Below are positions 18,804 to 27,974 of a stretch of DNA of 64,000 nt, piece after piece (position 1 is the first letter of the stretch; each line of letters opens with the position of its first letter). Both the position numbers and the translations under genes were made by a program. The notes under the pieces are model-generated. The model saw only the letters and a list, made by a program, of their open reading frames with translations, did no database searches and was not told where the DNA came from. Source of the DNA: a virus (Duplodnaviria; Heunggongvirae; Uroviricota; Caudoviricetes); the IMG/VR virus record IMGVR_UViG_3300033993_001993. One strand, given 5' to 3'.

Positions 18804-19529
18804 TTACTTTACACCCATTACTTCTTTTTTATAGTATTCTTCAAACCCATCTAAGTAGTTCGTAATACTTTTGCTGTTATCTACACCAATAACCTCATCA
18901 ATTAACCCAAAAGATAAAGCCTCATCTGAAGTATACCATCTATCTCTTGATGAGAAATCTAAAACTTCTTGGAATGTTTTCCCACAATTCTCAGCTAATA
19001 TCTTAAATAAGATGTAGTTGTATTTCTCACCTTCCATTTGGTCAATACGAGTGTCTTGGATATTTCCTCGTGTTCCGTGACTAACTTGGTGGGTCATTAC
19101 TTTTGAGTGGATAAGTGACGATCTTTTACCTTTTGTCCCTGATGATAATAGAACAGATCCCATTGACGCACACATACCCAAGTTTGTTGTAACGATATCT
19201 GAACTAACGTAGTTCATTAAGTCCACAATACCAAGTCCACACATAACAGATCCACCAGGACTATTAATGTAAAGGGTGATGTCTTTCTTTTCAACCGAAT
19301 CTAAAAACAATAATTGTGCTTGGACGATGTCTGACATATGTTGGTCTACCGGACCTGACAACCAAAGTATTCTATCTCTCATTAATCTTGAGAAGATGTC
19401 CATTTGAGTTACTCTCATTTCTCTCTCTTCCAAAATATATGGTGTTAATCCATTCTCAAACTGATCCAACGCCAGTGAACTAATTCCTTCGCTCTTTGCG
19501 AAACTTCTAAACTCTTTTCCGTAATCCAT
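18804..19529 (-). CDS. clpP: ClpP-family serine protease (probable prohead/scaffold protease)
   Basis: LYINSPGGSVMCGLGIVDLMNYV, CASMGSVLL and MTHQ blocks align with the ClpP catalytic Ser/His region. Confidence 0.75.
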   Translation of the reverse strand: MDYGKEFRSFAKSEGISSLALDQFENGLTPYILEEREMRVTQMDIFSRLMRDRILWLSGPVDQHMSDIVQAQLLFLDSVEKKDITLYINSPGGSVMCGLGIVDLMNYVSSDIVTTNLGMCASMGSVLLSSGTKGKRSSLIHSKVMTHQVSHGTRGNIQDTRIDQMEGEKYNYILFKILAENCGKTFQEVLDFSSRDRWYTSDEALSFGLIDEVIGVDNSKSITNYLDGFEEYYKKEVMGVK

Positions 19530-19532
19530 TTA

Positions 19533-19778
19533 TTATTGATTGTTTTTTATATATTCTAATGTTTCTTCATTTACAAGTTGTTTGAACTTTCTTTGGTTCT
19601 CCCAATCAAACATTCTGTAAAATACCATCGCGTTGTCTTGGATATTATTTAACCCATTAACGTAGTTTAACTTCTCATCCACATACCCATACTCATTATC
19701 GTATGTTTCCCATACTTGAGTTGCAGCTTGTTTCATATCATTGAAAATCTCTATACTTGGTGTTTCCATTTTAATCAA
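19533..19778 (-). CDS. Hypothetical protein
   Basis: 81-aa ORF. Confidence 0.3.
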   Translation of the reverse strand: MIKMETPSIEIFNDMKQAATQVWETYDNEYGYVDEKLNYVNGLNNIQDNAMVFYRMFDWENQRKFKQLVNEETLEYIKNNQ

Positions 19779-20208
19779 TTACATCAGCCAAATACTGACC
19801 CTTTTCTAATTTAACTTTGTATAATGTTTGACCTTTTGGTGCTTCCATCTGATCCATCTCGTCCATCCAATTATCCCAATTTTTTTCCAATAAGTCAACA
19901 AACGCATCGTTATTTCCTCTGTCTTTATATCGTTGGATGTATTCATCTTTGATGTCTCTGTTTGGATAAACCAATACAAATGGGATTCCTTTCTTAAGAA
20001 GTGCGTCTCTCACATCTTTATGTGATGAAACTAAAATCTTATCCACCTTTGGATCCTGAATGTTTCTTTCAATGTGTTCAATATAGTTATCAGGAAAATG
20101 TTTCTTATCGAACTTTGAACTATCGCTGTCCAACACATTTCTATCTGTAGTGTTGAAGTAGGTCGTCTTCCCTACACCGGGGAATGCTGAATATACTTTT
20201 GTCTTCAT
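19771..20208 (-). CDS. P-loop kinase (dNMP-kinase-like)
   Basis: Walker A SAFPGVGKTT near the N-terminus; small size as in phage dNMP kinases. Confidence 0.45.
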   Translation of the reverse strand: MKTKVYSAFPGVGKTTYFNTTDRNVLDSDSSKFDKKHFPDNYIEHIERNIQDPKVDKILVSSHKDVRDALLKKGIPFVLVYPNRDIKDEYIQRYKDRGNNDAFVDLLEKNWDNWMDEMDQMEAPKGQTLYKVKLEKGQYLADVID

Positions 20209-20211
20209 ATT

Positions 20212-20493
20212 TTAATAAATTTTTATTGTTGGGTGTTCTATAATTTCAACGTGTTTCTTACATACTTGGTAATGTTTATCTAAAACTTCTTTGAGTAACT
20301 CTTCTTTTGTTTTACCATTATAATATGCGTAAAAACCACCATATCCCATATCAACCGAGTACCCAAGATACTTCCATCTGAACCATCCCTTTCTTTGGAT
20401 ATTATAAGATTCATCACTATTTTTTACAAATCTAATCTTAATTGTTTTCATATTTTTTAAAATTTTCTTTCCTTCATCATCCTTTTGAGACAT
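20212..20493 (-). CDS. Hypothetical protein
   Basis: 93-aa ORF. Confidence 0.3.
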   Translation of the reverse strand: MSQKDDEGKKILKNMKTIKIRFVKNSDESYNIQRKGWFRWKYLGYSVDMGYGGFYAYYNGKTKEELLKEVLDKHYQVCKKHVEIIEHPTIKIY

Positions 20494-21149
20494 TGTTTAA
20501 TTGTCTCACCTTTTTTAATGTTGTGTCCTGTACCATAAACGCCTCCTTTATATGAAGTAACACCTTTACCAATAGGTTTACTGAACTCAACATCAATACT
20601 TCGTTTTACTTTTCTAAAAAGTCGTGTCCACTTAAACATTAATGGTCTCCATTCTCTTTCCTCTAACTCACAAGTTGCTTCTGTCTCTTGGAACTCATCG
20701 TGAATGTAATAGTACTTATGGGTTTCTTTATGAATCTTTTCTTTCCATTCTTCACTATAAAAATCAATTTTGTTTTTTTTAGTGTGGTTGGCCCAAGTCC
20801 CATCTTTTAGGTATTTGGAGGTTCTTATCCAATCATATTGCCAAGGTAAATCAATACATTTTATTTTTTTAGTTCCCCTATAAATCCATAATGAATCAGG
20901 AAACCAACTACCTACCGAATAAAAATAAAAACCATATGTAGGTGTTTCATCCTTATATTTTGGCGGACGGTTTGTTTTAAATTTTAAATAAAACTGACCC
21001 CAAATAAAAGAAAAATCCAATTTCCAATCCAAACCATTACTTGGTAGGTATCTTACATTCCACTTACGGAACCCGGGATAAAACTCCATCCAATCATTTT
21101 TCCAACTAACATCTCTCGTGCCACCATCAACCTTTCTTAACCCTAACAT
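20457..21149 (-). CDS. Hypothetical Trp/Lys-rich protein
   Basis: 230-aa ORF. Confidence 0.3.
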   Translation of the reverse strand: MLGLRKVDGGTRDVSWKNDWMEFYPGFRKWNVRYLPSNGLDWKLDFSFIWGQFYLKFKTNRPPKYKDETPTYGFYFYSVGSWFPDSLWIYRGTKKIKCIDLPWQYDWIRTSKYLKDGTWANHTKKNKIDFYSEEWKEKIHKETHKYYYIHDEFQETEATCELEEREWRPLMFKWTRLFRKVKRSIDVEFSKPIGKGVTSYKGGVYGTGHNIKKGETIKQCLKRMMKERKF

Positions 21150-21281
21150 AACTTTTTATATTTTCTGATCCCATAACCAATGACTTCATTGTCCATTATT
21201 ATAGAACATATTTCTACTTTGAATATTTTTCTAAGTGTCGGATTAAACCATCGTTTAAACCAAACATTGTGATTTTCCATA

Positions 21282-22529
21282 TTAATTTGATAAGGGTGCT
21301 TTAATACTTGGGTGTGATTGGTAGTTTTCCACCATAAAATCTGTTGGATTTAGGTGGTGGAATAGTGAATGATCCTCACTTAAAGATTTGTAGAACTCAT
21401 ACGTTTTCATGTGTTTTAAAAAGGGTAGTGGATATGGTTCTCTTGTTCTATTTGGAATATTATATTTAATGTAATCCTCATCTGTAATAGCCCGTAATTT
21501 ACTCATCTGTTGAGTTACTAATTCATATCTTTCATCTTCAGTCAAATCTCTACCAATCTGTTCTTTTGCTTGTTCGATATGGTTTGAATACAAATGAACA
21601 TCACCTAAATTACCAACCAATTCATCAGGAACCATATTCACTTCTTTCGCAATTATTTCCAATAACAAACCATAAGATGCAATGTTGAATGGTAATCCTA
21701 AGAATGTATCTACTGAACGTTGATTCCACATTAGAGAGATTGTTCGTTTAGGAATATTTGAATCATTTAATACAGATTCATCCTCAACAATTAATCTTCC
21801 ATTCCTATCATAGAAATCTTTCTTATTATCACTTTTATTTACAAGAAGTTTTGTTCTTTCTTCCAAACTCAACTCTCTTGTATAAACTTGAAATCCATAA
21901 TGACAAGGTGGAAGAACCATTTGGTCTAATTCTCCAACATTCCAAGCATTGACCATCAATCGTCTTGAGTCTGGGTTTGTTTTAAGGTCGTTGATTAGGT
22001 TTTGGATTTGGTCATTAACTCTAACATCTTCGTATTTAATAGGTACAAATGTATCCTCATCAAACTCAACAGCCTTTGTCGAAGTCCAACCTCTCCACTG
22101 CTTACCATAAATTGGGCCTAACTCACCCCACTTCTTAGCAAACTCATCATCTGTTTTAATTTTGTTGATGAATTCTTCTTGTGTCAATAACTGACCATCT
22201 TCATTGATGTAATCTTTTGGTGGATTAGATTTTTTTATAGGAAAACTATTCTTAAAGAACTTATAAGCGTCACCATCCCAAATATGACAACCGTTATCAA
22301 CAAGATATTTGATATTTGTATCACCACGAAGGAACCATAATAACTCGGTCACCATAGTTTTCCAAGCCATTTTCTTGGTTGTAAGTAAAGGAAACCCCTC
22401 ACTCATTTTATGACGGATCTGTCTACCGAATACTGAAATGGTACCAGTACCAGTACGATCACTTTTAGTACTCCCATTGTCCAAAATGTCTTGAAGTAAC
22501 TCTTGGTATTTTATGTCTAAATTATTCAT
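21282..22529 (-). CDS. thyA: Thymidylate synthase family (ThyA homolog with three insertions; Asn retained, so dUMP-specific)
   Basis: DRTGTGT, ELLWFLRGDTN, GPIYGKQWRGW, RRLMVNAWN, LPPCHYGFQVY (Cys nucleophile), RSVDTFLGLPFNIASYGLL, GDVHLYSNHIEQ and HPSIKAPL blocks are present. Insertions of about 55, 45 and 30 aa bring it to 415 aa. Confidence 0.85.
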   Translation of the reverse strand: MNNLDIKYQELLQDILDNGSTKSDRTGTGTISVFGRQIRHKMSEGFPLLTTKKMAWKTMVTELLWFLRGDTNIKYLVDNGCHIWDGDAYKFFKNSFPIKKSNPPKDYINEDGQLLTQEEFINKIKTDDEFAKKWGELGPIYGKQWRGWTSTKAVEFDEDTFVPIKYEDVRVNDQIQNLINDLKTNPDSRRLMVNAWNVGELDQMVLPPCHYGFQVYTRELSLEERTKLLVNKSDNKKDFYDRNGRLIVEDESVLNDSNIPKRTISLMWNQRSVDTFLGLPFNIASYGLLLEIIAKEVNMVPDELVGNLGDVHLYSNHIEQAKEQIGRDLTEDERYELVTQQMSKLRAITDEDYIKYNIPNRTREPYPLPFLKHMKTYEFYKSLSEDHSLFHHLNPTDFMVENYQSHPSIKAPLSN

Positions 22530-22962
22530 CTATGTTCTGTGTTTTTAAGATTTTATTTATTTTATTGTTGTTTACCTTTGTAGGTAATTTACTCAAATAC
22601 TTAATGAATTGTTCTCGGTTCATTCTTGGGAATGTCGATTTTGGCCACTCTCCTGAAGTTGAGTCCCAGTTCTCGTTATCAATGTTTTCCCAAAATAAAC
22701 TTTGTAAAATATTATCCACAATACTATGTTCATCACTTTCACCCCAATAATCGGTGGTTCCATAATGAACTTCAGGCATATACACAGGATATCTGTATTT
22801 ACTGTGTTTTGATCTATACTTCTTTTTATTTGACCAATGATATTCAGCCCAATAAAAATCAGATACCTTAAAATCTGAAAGTAATCCTTTTCTATACAGA
22901 AGACGAACAATTCGCTTCTCCTGTTTAATCCATAATCTTTTTTGTTTTGGGTTTGTTGCCAT
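22522..22962 (-). CDS. Hypothetical protein
   Basis: 146-aa ORF. Confidence 0.3.
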   Translation of the reverse strand: MATNPKQKRLWIKQEKRIVRLLYRKGLLSDFKVSDFYWAEYHWSNKKKYRSKHSKYRYPVYMPEVHYGTTDYWGESDEHSIVDNILQSLFWENIDNENWDSTSGEWPKSTFPRMNREQFIKYLSKLPTKVNNNKINKILKTQNIDE

Positions 22963-22986
22963 AATTTATGTATTTCCCTAAATTGA

Positions 22987-23226
22987 TTATCGTTTTTTAA
23001 CCCTTAATTCTTTAAATCTTTCTTCGTCACCAGGTTTATCGTAACCTTGGGTTAGAACATACTCAAGTGTTATCAATTCTCGGTATTCTTCATTAGTTAA
23101 ATTACCTCTCAAATCCTCAACTATCTCATCATAAATCCCCTCAAATGTACTACTTTGTTGTTCCATCTTGTTTTTTAATTTTGAAATTAACCACGAACCA
23201 CAATGCCGCCATTGTTGGTATTCCAA
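22987..23226 (-). CDS. Hypothetical small protein
   Basis: 79-aa ORF. Confidence 0.25.
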   Translation of the reverse strand: MEYQQWRHCGSWLISKLKNKMEQQSSTFEGIYDEIVEDLRGNLTNEEYRELITLEYVLTQGYDKPGDEERFKELRVKKR

Positions 23227-23356
23227 CCCACCATATCCACTCTCTATTAGGGTTAACTATACCCATTAAACTTTGGATAAAGTATGTCATTGCGGGAATC
23301 ACGAATATTGACATTGTTTGTATGGGACTTGCCGATTTTCTTTTAATTATTTTCAT
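23150..23356 (-). CDS. Small membrane protein
   Basis: 68 aa with a hydrophobic core (IWWVGIPTMAALWFVVNF); start uncertain, overlaps its neighbour. Confidence 0.2.
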   Translation of the reverse strand: MKIIKRKSASPIQTMSIFVIPAMTYFIQSLMGIVNPNREWIWWVGIPTMAALWFVVNFKIKKQDGTTK

Positions 23357-23528
23357 TGTCTTCTATTTTATTTTTACTAATTCTTCTTTTCACAATCCCA
23401 ACAAGATCTTTTTCAATTTGATCTTCAACACTAATGTCTAAACTATCGTACCATTCTTGGAATCCCTCGTGTTCGTATAGTTTATCAATCATTTCAATCA
23501 CCATCTTATAATAGTCAAAATTTTTCAT
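23343..23528 (-). CDS. Hypothetical small protein
   Basis: 61-aa ORF. Confidence 0.25.
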   Translation of the reverse strand: MKNFDYYKMVIEMIDKLYEHEGFQEWYDSLDISVEDQIEKDLVGIVKRRISKNKIEDNENN

Positions 23529-23737
23529 TATATCAAATCTTTTGATTTATTTTTCCATTCCTTCCAAGTGTTAAAATCTTTAAGGGACTCCATCTGATCT
23601 TCCATCCATAACATACCATCAATTATTCCTTGGTAATAACCAACTCTTTTTAACCTACCTTCTTCCCACACATCATCACGATAAGCGTTTTCAGTTAATC
23701 TTTCAGCAACTTCTTTAATTGTTTCCTTATTTTCCAT
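23528..23737 (-). CDS. Hypothetical small protein
   Basis: 69-aa ORF. Confidence 0.25.
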   Translation of the reverse strand: MENKETIKEVAERLTENAYRDDVWEEGRLKRVGYYQGIIDGMLWMEDQMESLKDFNTWKEWKNKSKDLI

Positions 23738-24044
23738 CTTTAATAATCCCTAATTCTTTTCTAAATTTTTTAATCTTAATCCTTGTTGCTTGGAATTCAT
23801 CTCCATCGTTTGCGCTATGACCATTCATAACCGCTTCAGTTATTTTCAATTCGTTATCAAGTATGAATGTCATTTTTTCCTGATTTGTTAATTCATACGG
23901 AACCACTTCCATTCTAATAAACTCTCGGATCATCGATCTAATTTTATCAATCTGTTCGTCTGGGTTTTTTTTGGACCCGTGAGACATAACAGATGTTTGG
24001 TAGATCGTCCTACTCAATTCCAATATTTTCTTATCAAATCCCAT
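23727..24044 (-). CDS. Hypothetical protein
   Basis: 105-aa ORF. Confidence 0.3.
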   Translation of the reverse strand: MGFDKKILELSRTIYQTSVMSHGSKKNPDEQIDKIRSMIREFIRMEVVPYELTNQEKMTFILDNELKITEAVMNGHSANDGDEFQATRIKIKKFRKELGIIKDGK

Positions 24045-25227
24045 CTTTATCCGTATTTCTAATTATACCTTCAACTCTACCCATATGATGGTAATGATCT
24101 TCAATCACTTCCTTAACATAATCTGTATGTGGTTTTGTCCAATTTTCTTGTCTATGATAGTAATCACCATAACCTTTAAGTTCTCCGCTTTTATCAGGTA
24201 ACTCTTTTATTTCTTTAACCCCATCTTTTACGACTTCATCAACAATACGTTCGGTATTGACCCATTCCTCCATTGGTTTAGCTACTTTAACGCCATTTTC
24301 AATAATGTCATCAACTCCGAGCTTAGTTCGTCGTAATGTACTATAAATTTCCTTTACCCCATTTTGGGTAGTATCTTCAACCGTTTTAAAGTGGTCAAAT
24401 TCAACCACTTTGGTGTCTTTCACACCATTTTGAATGGTATTTTCAACCGACCAGTTTATTTCCCAATCTATCTGACGGGTGTCTTTAACACCATTTTTAA
24501 TTGCGTTATCAATATTTTCAGTATTGTCCCATTGTCGTGGACCTATGTGTTTCACCCCATTTTCAATGGTATCTTTAACATATTCCTTCGCATTACACAC
24601 TCGACCGCTGGTTTCTCTCACCCCATTTTGAATTGTGTCTTCAACAATCCTTTCTTGTTTGAACCAATTCAGTTTGGTTTCTTTAACTCCATTTTGTATG
24701 GTGTCCTCAACACTATCTGTTCTTCCTGATTCCAATATATCGGTGTGTCTCACCCCATTTTGAATGGTATCTTCAACGACACGTATCATATCTAAGTCGA
24801 ACGACTCGGTGTGTTTCACCCCATTTTGAATGGTATCTTCAACTAACCTGCCATAACTCCCAAATGCTTCAAAGGTGTCTTTCACCCCATTTTGAATGGT
24901 ATCTTCAACTCTTTTTGTTACTCGGTGTTTGTAAGGTGAGGTATGTCCAATAGTTGGTTTATTCAAAAATCTTAACTCAAACCATTTGGATATTGTTTTG
25001 GTTTCATCCGCACATTTTTTTCCAATTAATTCTAATTCTGATTGGAAAGAGTTATAATTAAACCATAAAGTCCCTGACTCCGTAAATTCGGTTATCCATT
25101 TTTTTTCTTCGGTGAATATCAACCAAGTTGACCCTTGTTTTGTTATATACTTGTCAGATCCTTCAACCATTTGGTCAAACAACCTAAACATAAGTTTCTC
25201 TAATTTATTTCCTGATGGGTTTTTCAT
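24034..25227 (-). CDS. Tandem-repeat protein A: about 95-aa N-terminal domain + about 11 copies of a 22-aa repeat (core VEDTIQNGVKxT)
   Basis: Repeats read directly from the translation; paralog of the next gene (conserved N-terminus MKNPSGNKLEK...WLIFTEEKKW...). Confidence 0.6.
   Translation of the reverse strand: MKNPSGNKLEKLMFRLFDQMVEGSDKYITKQGSTWLIFTEEKKWITEFTESGTLWFNYNSFQSELELIGKKCADETKTISKWFELRFLNKPTIGHTSPYKHRVTKRVEDTIQNGVKDTFEAFGSYGRLVEDTIQNGVKHTESFDLDMIRVVEDTIQNGVRHTDILESGRTDSVEDTIQNGVKETKLNWFKQERIVEDTIQNGVRETSGRVCNAKEYVKDTIENGVKHIGPRQWDNTENIDNAIKNGVKDTRQIDWEINWSVENTIQNGVKDTKVVEFDHFKTVEDTTQNGVKEIYSTLRRTKLGVDDIIENGVKVAKPMEEWVNTERIVDEVVKDGVKEIKELPDKSGELKGYGDYYHRQENWTKPHTDYVKEVIEDHYHHMGRVEGIIRNTDKDGI
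24370..24915 (-). repeat. In-frame tandem 66-bp coding repeat array (about 36-bp conserved core + about 30-bp variable spacer)
   Basis: Near-identical units such as ttcaccccattttgaatggtatcttcaac recur with a 66-bp period (e.g. at 24746, 24812, 24878). Confidence 0.7.
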
Positions 25228-25230
25228 CTT

Positions 25231-26493
25231 CTATATTTTTTCACCATTTTCAATAATATCCTCAACCGTAGTATCACCATAATAACCAAGATCAAAAGCA
25301 AAATCAACGTACTTCACCCCATTTTCAATAATATCCTCAACACTATTATCGCCACAATTATAAGCAAAACAGACGGACTTCACTCCATTTTGGATAATGT
25401 CGTTAATGCACTCAAGTTCTATCCCCAAAGGTCTATCTGAAGTTTTTTTCACCCCATTTTCAATGGTATCTTCAACTTCCTTACGACGATGGTATCTGTT
25501 GGTTGTGGTCTCCTTCACCCCATTTTGAATTACCCTTTTACTATTAACCTTAAATATTTCACTTACTAAACTAAGTTCACTTACTTCTTTCACTTCTTTA
25601 ACACCATTTTTAATGGCGTCTTCAACACGATACGATGGATCTAAACGCTTTAATGATGTGTGCTTTACCCCATTTTGAATGGTGTCTTCAACTTGTAATT
25701 TGTTTTCACCAAAAGCACGTTGGGTGTCTTTCACCCCATTTTTAATGGTGTCTTTAACCAGTCCGATATCACGGTTCCAATCAATTTCTTGCGTATGTAT
25801 AACTCCATTTTGAACCGCATCTTCAACGAATGCCGGATGTCGTAGAGTACCTTTAGTTTGTTTCACACCATTTTGAATGGTATCTTCAACCAACAAAAGG
25901 ACATCTTGATCGTGTTGTATGGTGTGTTTCACCCCATTTTGAATAGTGTCTTCAATTATTGTGTTGACCTTTTTGAAAGAAAAATGGGTGTGTTTCACCC
26001 CATTTTGAATGGTATCTTCAACTGTTCTCGTATAGTGATAATTTCTTCCGGTGTTCTTCACCCCATTTTTAATGGCGTCTTCAACACGATACGATGGGTC
26101 TAATAGGTTTAAAGAAAAATGGGTGTGTTTCACCCAATTTTGAATAGTGTCTTCAACACCTTCCCATTGACCACGATTTGGATAAAAGGTGTGTTTTACC
26201 CCATCCTGGATGGTTTTTTCAACCTTAGGTTTAAGGAATCTTGTTTCAAACCACTTTTGGATAAGGTCTTTGTTTGTAACACAATCTAAACCAACAAGTT
26301 CCATTTCATTCTTAAAGAATTGGTAGTTATACCACAGAGTTTGTGTGTCCGTGTATTCAACAACCCACTTCATATCATTGGTAAAGATTAACCATAAACT
26401 TTTGTTATGGTTATATATATCGGCGTTTTCGATAGATTTATCGAAGATCTCGAATAAAATTTTTTCTAATTTATTTCCTGTTGGGTTAATCAT
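25231..26493 (-). CDS. Tandem-repeat protein B: same N-terminal domain + about 15 copies of the 22-aa repeat
   Basis: MINPTGNKLEK...WLIFTNDMKW N-terminus followed by VEDTIQNGVKHT-type repeats. Separated from its paralog by 3 nt. Confidence 0.6.
   Translation of the reverse strand: MINPTGNKLEKILFEIFDKSIENADIYNHNKSLWLIFTNDMKWVVEYTDTQTLWYNYQFFKNEMELVGLDCVTNKDLIQKWFETRFLKPKVEKTIQDGVKHTFYPNRGQWEGVEDTIQNWVKHTHFSLNLLDPSYRVEDAIKNGVKNTGRNYHYTRTVEDTIQNGVKHTHFSFKKVNTIIEDTIQNGVKHTIQHDQDVLLLVEDTIQNGVKQTKGTLRHPAFVEDAVQNGVIHTQEIDWNRDIGLVKDTIKNGVKDTQRAFGENKLQVEDTIQNGVKHTSLKRLDPSYRVEDAIKNGVKEVKEVSELSLVSEIFKVNSKRVIQNGVKETTTNRYHRRKEVEDTIENGVKKTSDRPLGIELECINDIIQNGVKSVCFAYNCGDNSVEDIIENGVKYVDFAFDLGYYGDTTVEDIIENGEKI
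25240..26235 (-). repeat. Second in-frame tandem 66-bp coding repeat array (about 15 units)
   Basis: Same core DNA motif (caccccattttgaatggt...tcttcaac) recurring throughout the paralog. Confidence 0.7.
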
Positions 26494-26514
26494 TTTAATA
26501 TTCTTCTATAGGTT

Positions 26515-26946
26515 TCATAAACTTATTGGTAATAATTTTTCGGGTAGATATTTCTCAGGACATACAATAACGAATGAGGTAACTAAATACCACTCACTAC
26601 CAAGTAATTGGTTTGTACTACGATTATAATAATCTCGATAAGTTATATAAAGGTATGGTTTATTAATTGTGTTATCAATTTTAATTCTCGCATCTTTAAA
26701 ATCAAACTCAATAAGACGATAGAACCCATTCACTTTACCCATCAATTTAATTTTAGTGGTAACTTCCTCACTATAAGACGCCGATCCCATCACTAAAAAA
26801 TAACTAGCGGAACCCTCTTTCGTTACCTCATCCGTTTTAACTAATTGTCGTAAATAGATATTTTCCGTTCTACCTCTTTTTTTGACAGGCATATCACAAG
26901 AAAACAATCCAAATACCATTAAGGTAATAAATAATAAATTTTTCAT
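26515..26946 (-). CDS. Lipoprotein
   Basis: The internal Met gives MKNLLFITLMVFGLFSCD (signal peptide + lipobox) and removes the overlap with the upstream gene. Confidence 0.35.
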   Translation of the reverse strand: MKNLLFITLMVFGLFSCDMPVKKRGRTENIYLRQLVKTDEVTKEGSASYFLVMGSASYSEEVTTKIKLMGKVNGFYRLIEFDFKDARIKIDNTINKPYLYITYRDYYNRSTNQLLGSEWYLVTSFVIVCPEKYLPEKLLPISL

Positions 26947-26947
26947 A

Positions 26948-27235
26948 TTAATATTCTTCTTTTTCATTAACCTCAATTACCCTTTGTTTGTTTCGTTCCA
27001 AACAATATTTACAATTCCCTTTGTGTGTTAATGCCGGTTCACGATTATCCATTCCATTAACTAAAATGTATTCACACCCATCAATTTCTTGAATGTGGTA
27101 CACATCCATATCGGTATATTCAAACTCAAGACCACCAATATCTTCCACCTCAGTTGTTTTTTCGACGGTTACTTCAATTTCTCTTTCACAAGACACCAAT
27201 AGGAATAATCCCATTAAAAATACTAACTTTCTCAT
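26948..27235 (-). CDS. Lipoprotein
   Basis: The internal Met gives MRKLVFLMGLFLLVSCERE. Confidence 0.35.
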   Translation of the reverse strand: MRKLVFLMGLFLLVSCEREIEVTVEKTTEVEDIGGLEFEYTDMDVYHIQEIDGCEYILVNGMDNREPALTHKGNCKYCLERNKQRVIEVNEKEEY

Positions 27236-27236
27236 T

Positions 27237-27554
27237 TTAATAACCCTCTCCTGTTTCATTTATAAATTCAATACCATTTTCATTTGCAAACTCTGATACC
27301 AGTTGTTCAACAACATCTTTATCCATACGACCGTAGTCAACCGAATAACCGTAAACTCTAATACCAAGATCAGACCATCTAACTCTACCACCACCACGAA
27401 TTCTCCATTCCTTTAGTTCTGGATCAATTCCTCTGAATCTATTTGCAACATCTTCGTGGAACTCTCCTGGCCCTGAACGAAATACAAACTCACCGTCTTT
27501 TTCCAAGATTACGCATTTGCGAACCGCATCTTTTTCTATAATAACTTTTTCCAT
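27237..27554 (-). CDS. Hypothetical protein
   Basis: 105-aa ORF. Confidence 0.3.
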   Translation of the reverse strand: MEKVIIEKDAVRKCVILEKDGEFVFRSGPGEFHEDVANRFRGIDPELKEWRIRGGGRVRWSDLGIRVYGYSVDYGRMDKDVVEQLVSEFANENGIEFINETGEGY

Positions 27555-27601
27555 AATACAAATATATTAATAAATTTAAAATCAGACAACCGGTATTTAT
27601 T

Positions 27602-27967
27602 CTAATTCTTTCGTTCAAAGTAAAAAACCACAGGATTTTGTTTGACTTCAATAAGTCCGTAATCACGAGCTAATCTGAAATTAGGAGTATCTCTCTCCAT
27701 TCTATCGATAGAGTTTTCGACTATGGTTCTAAACATCTCTAAACTGAATGTTGATTTCCATTTATTACAACGAGAACAGGATGGATTTAAATTGTCCATC
27801 TCATCTGTTCCTCGTTCAACACCCCAAGCCTCAAGTGTCTCAACTTTATCATTACGATATAATGGTTTTATGTGATCCACTTGCATCTGTTTGAATGTTA
27901 TTTCAATTCCACAATAAGCGCAATGACCTGAACACTTATCATAAACTTCTTGTCTGTTGATTTTCAT
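27602..27967 (-). CDS. HNH homing endonuclease
   Basis: CSGHCAYCG...VDHIKP...NLNPSCSRCNKWK gives the HNH core with both Cys pairs. Confidence 0.8.
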   Translation of the reverse strand: MKINRQEVYDKCSGHCAYCGIEITFKQMQVDHIKPLYRNDKVETLEAWGVERGTDEMDNLNPSCSRCNKWKSTFSLEMFRTIVENSIDRMERDTPNFRLARDYGLIEVKQNPVVFYFERKN

Positions 27968-27974
27968 TATATTA

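Noticed and set aside
21134-21271. Possible 45-aa ORF (MENHNVWFKRWFNPTLRK...) in the 132-nt gap upstream of gene 20457..21149.
   Set aside because: Below the ORF-track length cutoff, no recognisable features, and its stop overlaps the next start in an unusual frame arrangement. Insufficient support to call.
21282-22529. Group I intron or intein inside the thymidylate synthase gene (as in T4 td).
   Set aside because: The three insertions are in frame with no stops and lack intein terminal motifs (Cys/Ser...HN-Cys/Ser/Thr) and a homing-endonuclease domain. They are treated as protein insertions.
24370-26235. CRISPR-like periodicity: about 36-bp conserved repeat alternating with about 30-bp variable spacer, 66-bp period.
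   Set aside because: The units are in frame within two long ORFs and encode a conserved peptide core (VEDTIQNGVKxT). The repeats are degenerate at synonymous positions. There is no leader and no cas genes. It is a protein-coding tandem repeat, not a CRISPR array.
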